Of a stretch of 64,000 nt of DNA, positions 21,871 to 32,838 are shown one piece after another. Location: the NCBI GenBank assembly GCA_046330625.1, contig JAXLSJ010000007.1:50362-114361 (forward strand). The letters run 5' to 3'. Below the pieces are notes generated by a model. It was not told the DNA's origin. It worked only from the letters and a program-made list of their open reading frames with translations, and did not search any database. Made by a program: the position numbers and the translations under genes. The number at the start of each line of letters is the position of its first letter. Within the stretch, counting starts at the first letter, position 1. This stretch comes from Candidatus Nanopelagicales bacterium. Its GTDB lineage: Bacteria > Actinomycetota > Actinomycetes > S36-B12 > GCA-2699445.

Positions 21871-21946
21871 GTTCCCATATTTACACCGGACCAGGCAAAG
21901 AGCAATGTGAATAAATATCTGGAGTCCCGGATCTCGCGCTTGCGCG

Positions 21947-23452
21947 CTAGACCGAACGGGCGGATGTCCAGTAGAGGTCGAGCGGGGCAGCGATGTCGGC
22001 CAACTCGGGGTACATCGTGTGGATGAGGTCGGTGGTGGGAGGCCACTCGGGCAGATGGTGCCGAACCCGATCAGGCTCCGGCGCCTTCGTGACGAACTTC
22101 TGGGTGGGGACCAACTCGGCGAGGAGTTCCTGGAACAGCCACCGCGACTTGCCATCGCGACGGAAGACAGGGGGTGGCAGCGAACATGCCACCTCGATGA
22201 CTCGGCGATCCAGTAACGGGAATCGGTACTCGACCCCGAACTGTCGACCCATCAGCCACCATGCCGCGGTCCGCCGTTCCACATGACCGAGGTGCAGCAG
22301 CCGCGACTGTCGCTGGTGCGGAGGCTCGAGCAACCGGAACGTCCGACGCTTGGACCGGAACGCGGACCTGTTCACATCTCGCCACGCGCGATCCATGGCT
22401 GTCGCAGGTGGCCGAAGAACGCGCCACGCAGACCGGACCGGTCTCGCTCCCGCCCGCGCCAGCACCCGCCACTCGCCCGTCCCTCCCGCAGCCGCTTCCG
22501 CCTTCACCTGTTGCCATGCCTGACGGAACTCGCCCTGGCCCACCATCCACCCGAACGGCGGCGTGCCGCCCGCCGAGGCAGCCTCATCGCCACCCCACCC
22601 GGAGAGGATCGTCGTCACCCCGGCCTCACGCGCCCAGCCGAGGATCACGGTCTCGTACTGGACCATCGTGTGCAGCAGGAAGATCAAGGGATCGAGATGG
22701 GGATCTGACAGGGCCGCCCTCATATCTGCTTTGGTCACGCAGCGCATCCGAACTCCGAGCGCGGCACCGATGCGAATTGACCGGTCATGCTCGTCGGGCG
22801 AACCGTCGGGCGATCTCACGTCTGAAGCGATCCATCCGTAGCCGGCGGCCAAAGCCTGACCCTGGGAACCCAAGAGCCGCTGAGCTGCAGCAGCAACCAT
22901 GGTCGAGTCGAGCCCCCCGCTCAGGTGGGCCGCAACCGGTGCACCACCCGCCGAAGCCAGGGCGTCCGAGACAGCCGCCAACACGGCCGACCTCAGAAGC
23001 GACTTCGCTTGGGCCACCCCCATCGGCCGACGTTTGACCCGCCGACTGTCGAAGTATCGAGAAAGGCGCCGGGTCGTCCCCTCGAGGACCACGATGCTGC
23101 CCGGAGGAACCTGGAACACGCCATTGAATACAGTCCGTGCCGGATCGGCAGGGGCTTGCATGAACAGTCGTGCGGCATAGTCGTGGTCGAGGGTTCCGTC
23201 CCAGCAGGACTCTCGGACAGCACGCAGGTCGGCATCCACCCGGAGGCCACCGGTCGCCGACCATCCGTAGTAGAGCGGGACCACACCCATGGGGTCGCGC
23301 ACGAGGACCGCGCGAACACCGTCGCTCAGATGGGCAGCGAACTCCCCCACCAGCCCGCTGGTCCTGCCGGTCGCCAGAGCCTTCTGCAGGAACTCGACGG
23401 GATCCGCGTCCGACGCGGTCGACAGCCACCCCCAGAAGTCGTGACATCTCAT
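21947..23452 (-). CDS. asparagine-synthetase-like / lasso-cyclase-like enzyme (intact)
   Basis: 501 aa. RDPMGVVPLYY (AsnB N-domain), PP-loop AAHLSGGLDSTMVAAAA, SGWGGDE, C-terminal FPLLDRRVIEVACSLPP. Starts MRCHDF, so it lacks the MCG glutaminase N-terminus. Confidence 0.72.
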   Translation of the reverse strand: MRCHDFWGWLSTASDADPVEFLQKALATGRTSGLVGEFAAHLSDGVRAVLVRDPMGVVPLYYGWSATGGLRVDADLRAVRESCWDGTLDHDYAARLFMQAPADPARTVFNGVFQVPPGSIVVLEGTTRRLSRYFDSRRVKRRPMGVAQAKSLLRSAVLAAVSDALASAGGAPVAAHLSGGLDSTMVAAAAQRLLGSQGQALAAGYGWIASDVRSPDGSPDEHDRSIRIGAALGVRMRCVTKADMRAALSDPHLDPLIFLLHTMVQYETVILGWAREAGVTTILSGWGGDEAASAGGTPPFGWMVGQGEFRQAWQQVKAEAAAGGTGEWRVLARAGARPVRSAWRVLRPPATAMDRAWRDVNRSAFRSKRRTFRLLEPPHQRQSRLLHLGHVERRTAAWWLMGRQFGVEYRFPLLDRRVIEVACSLPPPVFRRDGKSRWLFQELLAELVPTQKFVTKAPEPDRVRHHLPEWPPTTDLIHTMYPELADIAAPLDLYWTSARSV

Positions 23453-23486
23453 CGCAGCGGGAAACAGTCACTCATGATGACCCTGC

Positions 23487-23606
23487 CTAGGAGGACAAAA
23501 TACCGCCGATCGCTTCGGGGTCTAGCGCTTCGCCCCCTTCCGACGACGCACCGGAGCTGAGCGCTACGAGCTCCGGCCGTACCCAGGGCTCCTGCTGGGT
23601 CGACAT
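23487..23606 (-). CDS. putative RiPP (lasso-like) precursor peptide, locus 2
   Basis: Hand-translated 39-aa ORF absent from the track: MSTQQEPWVRPELVALSSGASSEGGEALDPEAIGGILSS, ATG 23606 to TAG 23487. Ends 34 nt upstream of the AsnB-like gene. Shares W-V-x-P-x-L-V-A-L with the locus 1 peptide. Confidence 0.45.
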   Translation of the reverse strand: MSTQQEPWVRPELVALSSGASSEGGEALDPEAIGGILSS

Positions 23607-23666
23607 GGCTGGGAATGTACACGCTGCTGGATCGTAGATGCGGAGATGCGTACGAACGGGCCAGTC

Positions 23667-24770
23667 TCAGGCGACGCGCATCATCCAGTTGTGCGGATCA
23701 GGCGCCACGCCGGTCTGGATGTCGAGCAGCGCACGTCGCAGTTGCTGGGTGACCGGACCGGACCCGCCGTCGGCCACCGTCCACTCCCCGCTGTGTGCCT
23801 TGACGTGACCGACCGGCGTGATCACCGCGGCCGTCCCGCACGCGAACACCTCGGTGATCTCGCCCGACTCGCAGCCCTTGCGCCAGTCCTCGACGCTGAT
23901 CCGGCCTTCCTCGACGTCGTAGCCGAGGTCGGCGCCCAGGGTGAGCAGCGAGTCGCGGGTGATGCCCGGCAGGAGGCTGCCCGTGAGCGACGGGGTCATC
24001 AGGCGGGCGCCCGGACCGCTCCCGTACACGAAGTACAGGTTCATGCCGCCCATCTCCTCGATCCAGCGATGCTCGTTGGCGTCGAGCCACACCACCTGGT
24101 CACAGCCGTGGTCGATGGCCTCGGCCTGCGCCAGCAGCGACGCGGCGTAGTTGCCGGCGCATTTCGCTTCGCCGGTGCCGCCGGGGGCTGCTCGCACGTA
24201 GTCCTCGCTGAGCCACACCGTGACCGGCTGCAGGCCGCCGGTGAAGTACGCCCCGGCCGGCGACGCGATCAGCAGGTACAGGTACTCGTCGCCGGGGCGC
24301 ACCCCGAGGCCGACCTCGGTCGAGAACATGAAGGGTCGCAGGTACAGCGACTTCTCGGGATCGGCAGGCACCCACGGACCGTCCTGCGCCAACAACGCCT
24401 TGATCGAGCCGAGGAAGAGTTCGTCGGGGAGCTCCGCCATGGCCAGGCGCGCCGCCGACCGGCGGAACCGCTCGGCGTTGGCCAGGGGGCGGAACGTGTA
24501 GATCCCCCCGTCGGAGTGCCGGTAGGCCTTGAGGCCTTCGAAGATGCTCTGGCCGTAGTGCAGCGAGTTGGTGGCCGGGTCCAGCTGCAGCGGTCCGTAG
24601 GGCTCGACGGCCGCGTCGTGCCAGCCCTTGTCCTGCATCCAGCGCAGTCGCACCATGTGGTCGGTGAACACGTTGCCGAACCCGGGGTCGGCGAGGATCA
24701 TCTCGCGTTCGTTCGCGGGCAGCGGCGCGGGGTTGGGCCGCAGTGGGAACAGCGGCGGCGTCTCCGTCAT
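23667..24770 (-). CDS. ilvE: branched-chain amino acid aminotransferase
   Basis: FTDHMV...[14 protein letters not shown]..., [15 protein letters not shown], about 367 aa actinobacterial IlvE type. Confidence 0.92.
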   Translation of the reverse strand: MTETPPLFPLRPNPAPLPANEREMILADPGFGNVFTDHMVRLRWMQDKGWHDAAVEPYGPLQLDPATNSLHYGQSIFEGLKAYRHSDGGIYTFRPLANAERFRRSAARLAMAELPDELFLGSIKALLAQDGPWVPADPEKSLYLRPFMFSTEVGLGVRPGDEYLYLLIASPAGAYFTGGLQPVTVWLSEDYVRAAPGGTGEAKCAGNYAASLLAQAEAIDHGCDQVVWLDANEHRWIEEMGGMNLYFVYGSGPGARLMTPSLTGSLLPGITRDSLLTLGADLGYDVEEGRISVEDWRKGCESGEITEVFACGTAAVITPVGHVKAHSGEWTVADGGSGPVTQQLRRALLDIQTGVAPDPHNWMMRVA

Positions 24771-24840
24771 GGGAACTCCAAAGGGACCAGGTCGCCCTAT
24801 TGTGGCCGATGGTCGTGGCCGGGAGAACCAGCGCGGGCCG

Positions 24841-25302
24841 ATGAGTCATGATGTCGCCATGGACGTGACCCGCGACAGCACCGCGACCCCCGAGGCGGTG
24901 TGGGCGATCCTGACCGACTTGGATCGGTTTGCCGACGCTGCCGACATCGAGGCCATCGAACGACTCGACGACGGCACCGGATTCGACGTCGGGACCCGGT
25001 GGCGCGAGACCCGCCGCATGTTCGGACGTTCGGCGACCGAGGACATGGGGGTCACCGCGATCGAACCCGGTCGCAGTTACAGGGTCGAGGCCGAGAGCCG
25101 GGGCACGCACTACCGCTCGGTCGTGTCGGTGGCCCCCCACGACGGCGGCTCGCGCCTGACGATGTCCTTCCAGGCGTCGGGACAGAACCTGGTCTCGAAG
25201 GTCATGGGAGCCACCCTCGGGCGGCTGTTCACCCCGATGGTGAAGCAAGCCCTGGGCAAGGACCTCGAAGCAGTCGCGCGCTCCGCGGAGCGCAGTTCCT
25301 GA
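24841..25302 (+). CDS. SRPBCC family protein
   Basis: Internal ATG 24841 gives [32 protein letters not shown]... About 150 aa, polyketide-cyclase/START-like N-terminal signature. Confidence 0.65.
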   Translation: MSHDVAMDVTRDSTATPEAVWAILTDLDRFADAADIEAIERLDDGTGFDVGTRWRETRRMFGRSATEDMGVTAIEPGRSYRVEAESRGTHYRSVVSVAPHDGGSRLTMSFQASGQNLVSKVMGATLGRLFTPMVKQALGKDLEAVARSAERSS

Positions 25303-25308
25303 CCCGGA

Positions 25309-26349
25309 TCAGAGGCGCCCGGCGATCGCGTCGCCGACCTGCTGGGTGCTGCGCGGTTCGACGCCCCGCTCGGCGAGGTCGGCGGCCACGGCTCGCTCGA
25401 CGGCCGCCGCCGCGCCGTACTCCCCCAGATGGTCGAGCAGCATCGCGGCGCTGAGGATCGCGGCCGTGGGATCGGCGATGCCCTGTCCGGCGATGTCGGG
25501 GGCTGACCCGTGGACCGGCTCGAACATGCTCGGGTTGGTGCGGCTCGGGTCGAGGTTGCCGCTCGCGGCCAGCCCGATGCCGCCGGCGATCGCCGCCCCG
25601 ATGTCGGTGAGGATGTCGCCGAACAGGTTGTCGGTGACCACGACGTCGAAGCGCTCGGGTTGGGTCAGGAAGAACATCGAGGCGGCGTCGACGTGGACGT
25701 AGTCCGTCGCGATGTCGGGGTACTCGGCCGCGACCTGGTCGAAGACCCGCTTCCACATGCCGCCGGCGTGCACCAGCACGTTGGTCTTGTGGACCAGGGT
25801 GACTCTCTTGTCGCGGCGAGCGGCTCGGGTGAACGCGTCGCGGACGATGCGTTCGACACCGTAGGCGGTGTTGATGCTCTCCTCCGTGGCGACCTCGTGC
25901 GGGGTGCCCGCCCGGAGATTGCCGCCCGCTCCCGCGTAGGGGCCCTCGGTTCCTTCGCGGCACACGACGAAGTCGATGTCGTCGGGACCCTTGCCGGCCA
26001 GCGGTGTCTCGACTCCGGGGAAGAGTTTGACCGGTCGCAGGTTCACGTGGTGATCCAGTTCGAACCGGAGCCGGAGCAGCAGCCCGCGCTCCAGCACGCC
26101 GGGCGGCACGGCCGGATCACCCACGGCGCCGAGCAGGATGGCGTCGTGCTGTCGCAGTTCCGCGAGCACCGAGTCGGGCAATGTCTCGCCGGTCGCCAGG
26201 TACCGCTGCGCCCCGAGGTCGTAGGTCGTCGTGGTGAACACGTCCTGGGCGGCGCCGCCGGCGACGTCGAGAACCTTGAGCGCCTCGGTGACCACCTCGC
26301 CTCCAATGCCGTCGCCGGGGATCACTGCCAGGGAGTACGTCGAAGCCAT
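25309..26349 (-). CDS. leuB: 3-isopropylmalate dehydrogenase
   Basis: [14 protein letters not shown]..., [42 protein letters not shown]. Confidence 0.93.
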   Translation of the reverse strand: MASTYSLAVIPGDGIGGEVVTEALKVLDVAGGAAQDVFTTTTYDLGAQRYLATGETLPDSVLAELRQHDAILLGAVGDPAVPPGVLERGLLLRLRFELDHHVNLRPVKLFPGVETPLAGKGPDDIDFVVCREGTEGPYAGAGGNLRAGTPHEVATEESINTAYGVERIVRDAFTRAARRDKRVTLVHKTNVLVHAGGMWKRVFDQVAAEYPDIATDYVHVDAASMFFLTQPERFDVVVTDNLFGDILTDIGAAIAGGIGLAASGNLDPSRTNPSMFEPVHGSAPDIAGQGIADPTAAILSAAMLLDHLGEYGAAAAVERAVAADLAERGVEPRSTQQVGDAIAGRL

Positions 26350-26419
26350 GCGCAGGAGTCTAGGTCGGCAACCGTGGCCCGTGGCGGGGACGGGTCCCCG
26401 CCAGCGGGTCGTCCGGCGC

Positions 26420-26905
26420 TCAGGCCGACGCGCGATCGGACTCGTGGTCCAGCAGCCACCTCTTGACCGGGAGCCCGTAGCCGTACCCGCCCAGTCCCCC
26501 GTTCGCGGCGATCACCCGATGACAGGGGACGAACGGCGCCACGTGATTCGCCCCGCACGCAGAGCCCACCGCGCGGGCGGCCCGGGGCCGTCCGATGATG
26601 TCCGCCATCTCGCCGTACGACACCGGTTCGCCGGGTCGCACCTCGCGCAGCGCGTCCCACACCTGGGTCCGCACCGGGCTCCCGCTCTGCCGCACCACGA
26701 CCCGGTCCAGGGCCGCGTAGTCGCCGTCGAGGTAGTCCTGCCACACCTGCCGCACGTCGGGCAGGTCGCCGGGCACCGGGTCGCTCCCGGTCGGCAGCAT
26801 CGCCACGATCCGGTCCACCGGCGCGAACCCCGCCGCCACCACCGCGCCATCGTCGGCGATCACCACCAGGGGTTCCGGGCCACCCTCGAGTACGTCGATG
26901 ATCAT
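26420..26905 (-). CDS. ogt: methylated-DNA--protein-cysteine methyltransferase
   Basis: Active-site PCHRVI in [24 protein letters not shown]. Confidence 0.88.
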   Translation of the reverse strand: MIIDVLEGGPEPLVVIADDGAVVAAGFAPVDRIVAMLPTGSDPVPGDLPDVRQVWQDYLDGDYAALDRVVVRQSGSPVRTQVWDALREVRPGEPVSYGEMADIIGRPRAARAVGSACGANHVAPFVPCHRVIAANGGLGGYGYGLPVKRWLLDHESDRASA

Positions 26906-28371
26906 GTGTTCTCCTCACTCAGGGCCACCCTCGGGGCCGGTTTCTGATCAACGCTGTGAGCGACCCACACATGGTGAGCCGCATACGATCGCCACGGCGC
27001 CGCCGAGTCCGGGTCGAAGCCGACGAAGCGTCCCCCGGGCGAGACCGCCCGCCGCAGGATCAGGTCCGAGCCCGGCCACACATCGGGGTCCGCCAGACAC
27101 CTCATCCGCACGTCGGCCAAGGTCCAGGGGCCGATCCCGGCCACCTGTCCCAGCCGGTCGACCACCGCGTCACGATCGGCGCCGGCGGACAGGTCCACCT
27201 CGGCCGACGCCACCAACTCCGCCACCTCGACCAGCGCCCGACCCCGCCGTCGTGGGATCCCCAACGCGCCGGCAACCTCGTCGGGATCTCGGGCCGCCAA
27301 CTCCGCGGCCGTGGGGAACCGGTCGCCCCCGGTGGTGAACTCACACAGTCGACCGTTCTGGGTGGCGGCGGCAGCGACACTCACCTGCTGACTCACGATC
27401 GTCGACGTCAGGGTGCGGAACGGATCCAACGCCCCCAGGACCCGCAACCCGGGCACCCGCCGCACCGCCGAGCCCAGTGCCGGATCCCGGGACAGGTCGG
27501 CGTCGATGCGGGCTGGCGCGGCATCGAGGTCGAGCCACCGGCGGACTGCGGCGATCCGCGTCGGGATGGCCCGCACGTCCACGTTCGCGGGCAGTTCCAC
27601 GCGAGCGCGCACCGACCGCTCCTCGAACACCACGTGCACGCGCGTCCCGTCCGGCATGCCGGAACTCACGACACGTTCGGCCACATCGACCCGGTCCACC
27701 CCCGGGACCGTGTGCCGTGACATCCACGCCAGGACCTCCTCGGCCGCGTACGGCGGGCGGAACCGCAAGCGCACATCGACCCCCGTCGTCGCCGCCGAGC
27801 GCCCGTCGTCCGGGACCGCCCGCCGCAACTCCCCCGGGGTGAGCGCGAACTGGCGCCGCATGACGTCGTTGAACTGCCGCACACTGCCGAATCCCGACGC
27901 GAACGCGACGTCGGCGGCCGACATCCCGGTCTGCTCCAACAGCAGCCGGGCGGTCTGCGCCCGCCGGGCGCGCGCCAGCGCCCCGGCCGTGGCGCCCACC
28001 TCGGCGACGAGCGCCCGATTGAGGTGTCGCGGAGTCACGTGCAGCTGCTGCGCCAGGCCCGTCGCCCCGGTCTCGTCGGCGGCCCCCGAGCCGATCAGAC
28101 GCAGCGCTCGGGCCACCAGGTCGCCGCGGTGGTCCCAGGCACGCGACCCGGGAAGGCTGTCCGGCCGACAGCGGCGGCAGGCGCGCAGACCAGCTGCGGA
28201 CGCCGCAGCCGCCGACGGGTAGAACCGCACATTGCGGCGGTGGGGGGTCCGCGCCGGACACACCGGCCGGCAATAGATCCCGGTCGTCACCACCCCGACG
28301 AAGAACCGCCCGTCGAACCGGGCGTCGCGGGCCACGAGCGCCTGGAAACACCTGTCGTCGTCGGGGATCAC
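26902..28371 (-). CDS. Ada-like Zn-finger / AraC HTH regulator fused to an AlkA-type DNA-3-methyladenine glycosylase domain
   Basis: Proposed GTG 28371 gives VIPDDDRCFQALVARDARFDGRFFVGVVTTGIYCRPVCPART...ACRRCRP (Ada Zn site), then an AraC-type HTH (SAADVAFASGFGSVRQFNDVMRR), then an HhH-GPD-like C-terminus. ATGA overlap with ogt. The longer track ORF start (28677) was rejected. Confidence 0.8.
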   Translation of the reverse strand: MIPDDDRCFQALVARDARFDGRFFVGVVTTGIYCRPVCPARTPHRRNVRFYPSAAAASAAGLRACRRCRPDSLPGSRAWDHRGDLVARALRLIGSGAADETGATGLAQQLHVTPRHLNRALVAEVGATAGALARARRAQTARLLLEQTGMSAADVAFASGFGSVRQFNDVMRRQFALTPGELRRAVPDDGRSAATTGVDVRLRFRPPYAAEEVLAWMSRHTVPGVDRVDVAERVVSSGMPDGTRVHVVFEERSVRARVELPANVDVRAIPTRIAAVRRWLDLDAAPARIDADLSRDPALGSAVRRVPGLRVLGALDPFRTLTSTIVSQQVSVAAAATQNGRLCEFTTGGDRFPTAAELAARDPDEVAGALGIPRRRGRALVEVAELVASAEVDLSAGADRDAVVDRLGQVAGIGPWTLADVRMRCLADPDVWPGSDLILRRAVSPGGRFVGFDPDSAAPWRSYAAHHVWVAHSVDQKPAPRVALSEENT

Positions 28372-28483
28372 CCGCCCAGTGTGCGCCGAACCGTCCCGCC
28401 GACCTAGCGGAAAACGGACGTCACGGCCGAGCCTCGGTGTGATCAGCGGTGGACCTCCTCGGCACGCGCTGGTACCTTCGTAG

Positions 28484-30379
<1,896 letters not shown>

Positions 30380-30395
30380 GGCTAGGGTGGGTCGC

Positions 30396-30635
30396 ATGGC
30401 GGAACACTGGCGATTGACCTTCCCCGAGGAGCGCGTCACCCAACCGGTCATCTACCACCTGGTGAAGGACTTCGACGTCGTGCCCAACATCCGGCGCGCG
30501 GCGATCGAGAACCACTTCGGCTGGCTCGTGCTCGAGGTCGAGGGCGAGCCCGACAAGATCCGGGCCGCGGCCGACTATCTGCGCGAGCACGGCATCGAGA
30601 TCGACGCCGCCGAGGGCGACATCGTCGCGGGCTGA
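30396..30635 (+). CDS. NIL domain-containing protein
   Basis: MAEHWRLTFPEERVTQPVIYHLVKDFDVVPNIRRAAIENHFGWLVLEVEGEPDKI: small stand-alone NIL-like ferredoxin-fold protein. Confidence 0.55.
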   Translation: MAEHWRLTFPEERVTQPVIYHLVKDFDVVPNIRRAAIENHFGWLVLEVEGEPDKIRAAADYLREHGIEIDAAEGDIVAG

Positions 30636-30646
30636 GTCTCACCGGC

Positions 30647-31657
30647 TCAGGCCGTCCCGATCTCCCCGCTCACCTCTTCGATGATCCGCAGCGTCGCGAC
30701 ACTGTCGCGCGGATCCACCGGCATCGGGCCACCGTCACGCAGCGCTTGGGTGAGCAGCCGGTAGAACTCGGGGTAGTCCCCCGGCAACGTGGGCACAGGC
30801 TCGATCACTGCCGGATCCCCGGTGGACAGCCGACCCCAGTCGGACTCCGGCTCGGTCCCCCACCCGGGACCCGGAACCTGGCCGGCCCGCAGCGCATCCT
30901 CCTGCGGATCCAGGCCCTGCTTGACGTAGGCGCCGGTGGTTCCCAGGACCCGGAACCGCGGGCCGGGCGCTGCCGCCACCAGACTGACCGACAGGTGCGA
31001 CTCGGCGCCGCCGTCGTGCACGATGCGGACGAAGGCCTCGTCCGGGACCCGGGCGTCGGCGCGCACCGTCTGCACCCCGCCCGATACCGAGACCGCCGGT
31101 CCCAACAGGTGCAGCGCCTGGTCGATCACGTGCGGACCCAGGTCCCACAACACCCCGGCGCCCGGTCCCGGCTCCTCTTTCCAGGACTGCTTCACGACCG
31201 GCCGCCAACGTTCAAACCGCGACTCGAACCGGTGGATCCGGCCCAGGTCGAGCGCCCGCACCGTCAGGTAGTCACCGTCCCAGCGGCGGTTCTGGTGGCA
31301 GGTCAGCGGAGTGCCGGTCCGGTCGGAGAGGTCGACCAGCGCCTGCGCGGCGGCCGACGTCGACGCCAACGGTTTGTCCACCACGGCGGCGATCCCCGAC
31401 TCGAGCAGTCCGGTGGCCACTGCGGCATGGGTGTCGTTGGGGGTCGCCACGACCGCGACATCCACCAACCCCGGCAGTTCGGCAGCATCGGACACCACCT
31501 GGATCCACGGGTAGCGTTCCCGTGCCGCAGCGGCCGTCTCGGGTGACCGGGCGACCACGACCGACAGTTGCGCGCCAGGGGTCGTCGCGATCAGGGGGGC
31601 GTGGAATGTCGACCCCGCCAGGCCGTAGCCGATCACGGCGTATCGGATGTCCGTCAT
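30647..31657 (-). CDS. Gfo/Idh/MocA family oxidoreductase
   Basis: ATG 31657 gives MTDIRYAVIGYGLAGSTFHAPLI (Rossmann N-terminus). VDKPLA motif. Track start 31666 (GTG) is also possible. Confidence 0.8.
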   Translation of the reverse strand: MTDIRYAVIGYGLAGSTFHAPLIATTPGAQLSVVVARSPETAAAARERYPWIQVVSDAAELPGLVDVAVVATPNDTHAAVATGLLESGIAAVVDKPLASTSAAAQALVDLSDRTGTPLTCHQNRRWDGDYLTVRALDLGRIHRFESRFERWRPVVKQSWKEEPGPGAGVLWDLGPHVIDQALHLLGPAVSVSGGVQTVRADARVPDEAFVRIVHDGGAESHLSVSLVAAAPGPRFRVLGTTGAYVKQGLDPQEDALRAGQVPGPGWGTEPESDWGRLSTGDPAVIEPVPTLPGDYPEFYRLLTQALRDGGPMPVDPRDSVATLRIIEEVSGEIGTA

Positions 31658-31724
31658 GAGCACCACCCTGGCGAGCGGGTCGCCCCGTTGCCACCGGGCG
31701 CACCGGGTTCAGCCGACGATGGGC

Positions 31725-32831
31725 TCAGGGAGCAACATCGACGGACAGCGACCCCGACGGAACGCCGTTGACCACGACTTCCACCGTGTGGGTCCCGGGA
31801 TAGACCCTCCGGGTCGACAACTGCGCGAGGGATACCGAGCGGCGTATCGTCCGGGTCGCGTGGGCGCCGATCTCGTGCTCACCCGCGACGAACACCTTCC
31901 GGCGGGGAGCCTTGCCGGGGCGGGGGAAGGCCACGACCAGATCCACCAACACCGGCGCCATCTGTCCGGTCGGATTGTGCAGGGTGGTCTCGATCCGCAG
32001 GGAGTCGCCGATCGACGCCGCAGCCGGGGTCGCCCCCAAGTCGCTGACCATGACCGGCGACGGCCCGTATCCGAGCACGGCGAGGGCCCGGGAATCCCCG
32101 GCTTTCACCAGCGTGCGCAGCCCGTGCCGCACCAAGCTTCGACGTCCCGGATCCTCGGCCAGCCAACGCTCGGCGACGGCCAGGGTGACGTCGGGATGGT
32201 CTTTGGCGATGTCGTTGAGGTTGTTCGCCACGGACCGACGGACGTACTCCGACGGATCGTCCCGCAACGCCTCGAGCAGCGGCAGGATCGGCGCGGGATC
32301 GGCCACGAACTCCGGCAGCCGCGAGGCCCAGGGCAGGCGCGGTCGGGTCCCTTCGGACACCAGGCGACGGACATGTTCGCTGGGGTCGCGGACCCAGTCC
32401 GACAGCCGCGCCAACGTCGGCAGCGGCTGCTCGATGAGGAAGGCGCGGATGCTGAACTCGCACGTGAACACCTGGGTCAGCGCGTGTTGCGCCGCCATCG
32501 ACTCCTCGAAGCACCCCTGCCCGTGCTCGGCCACGTAGATCGTGAGCGGCCACATCATAAAGGCGTCCCACGCAGGCCAGTCCGCGGTGTCGGCGGGCTC
32601 GGGGGTGCTGCGGCGGATGAGGTCGATCGCCGTCGCGGGGTCGGCGGGGAGCACGTCCGCCAGCGCCGATGCCACGGCCTGAGCCCGCTGCGACAGTTCC
32701 AGGTCCGGGAAGTCGGCGGTCGCCGCGGTCACGAACGAGTCGACGTCGAGATCCGGGACCACCGGCGCCAGCCGTGCGGCCAGTCGCCCGACCAGGGCGT
32801 CGTCGAACCGGTCCTTGAGGGGTTCGGCCAC
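31725..32831 (-). CDS. DNA alkylation repair protein (AlkC/AlkD-like HEAT-repeat family)
   Basis: EHVRRLVSEGTRPRLPWASRLPEF...DDPSEYVRRSVANNLNDIAKDHPD. GTG 32831 is preferred because track start 32876 would overlap the end of serA by 38 nt. Confidence 0.68.
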   Translation of the reverse strand: MAEPLKDRFDDALVGRLAARLAPVVPDLDVDSFVTAATADFPDLELSQRAQAVASALADVLPADPATAIDLIRRSTPEPADTADWPAWDAFMMWPLTIYVAEHGQGCFEESMAAQHALTQVFTCEFSIRAFLIEQPLPTLARLSDWVRDPSEHVRRLVSEGTRPRLPWASRLPEFVADPAPILPLLEALRDDPSEYVRRSVANNLNDIAKDHPDVTLAVAERWLAEDPGRRSLVRHGLRTLVKAGDSRALAVLGYGPSPVMVSDLGATPAAASIGDSLRIETTLHNPTGQMAPVLVDLVVAFPRPGKAPRRKVFVAGEHEIGAHATRTIRRSVSLAQLSTRRVYPGTHTVEVVVNGVPSGSLSVDVAP

Positions 32832-32838
32832 CGAGGGA

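Noticed and set aside
18533-22026. Plus-strand ORFs 18533..20302 and 20287..22026 (589 and 579 aa)
   Set aside because: They are antisense to cimA, the radical SAM/SPASM gene and DUF2249. The translations show shadow-frame composition.
21577-22155. The full 192-aa version of the DUF2249 ORF, and N-terminal extensions of other track ORFs (442..1671, 5058..6296, 26902..28677, 47086..49089, 49114..50733)
   Set aside because: The extensions overlap neighbouring genes or are Arg/Pro/Ser-rich. Internal starts coincide with family-typical N-termini and with stop/start overlaps or SD sequences.
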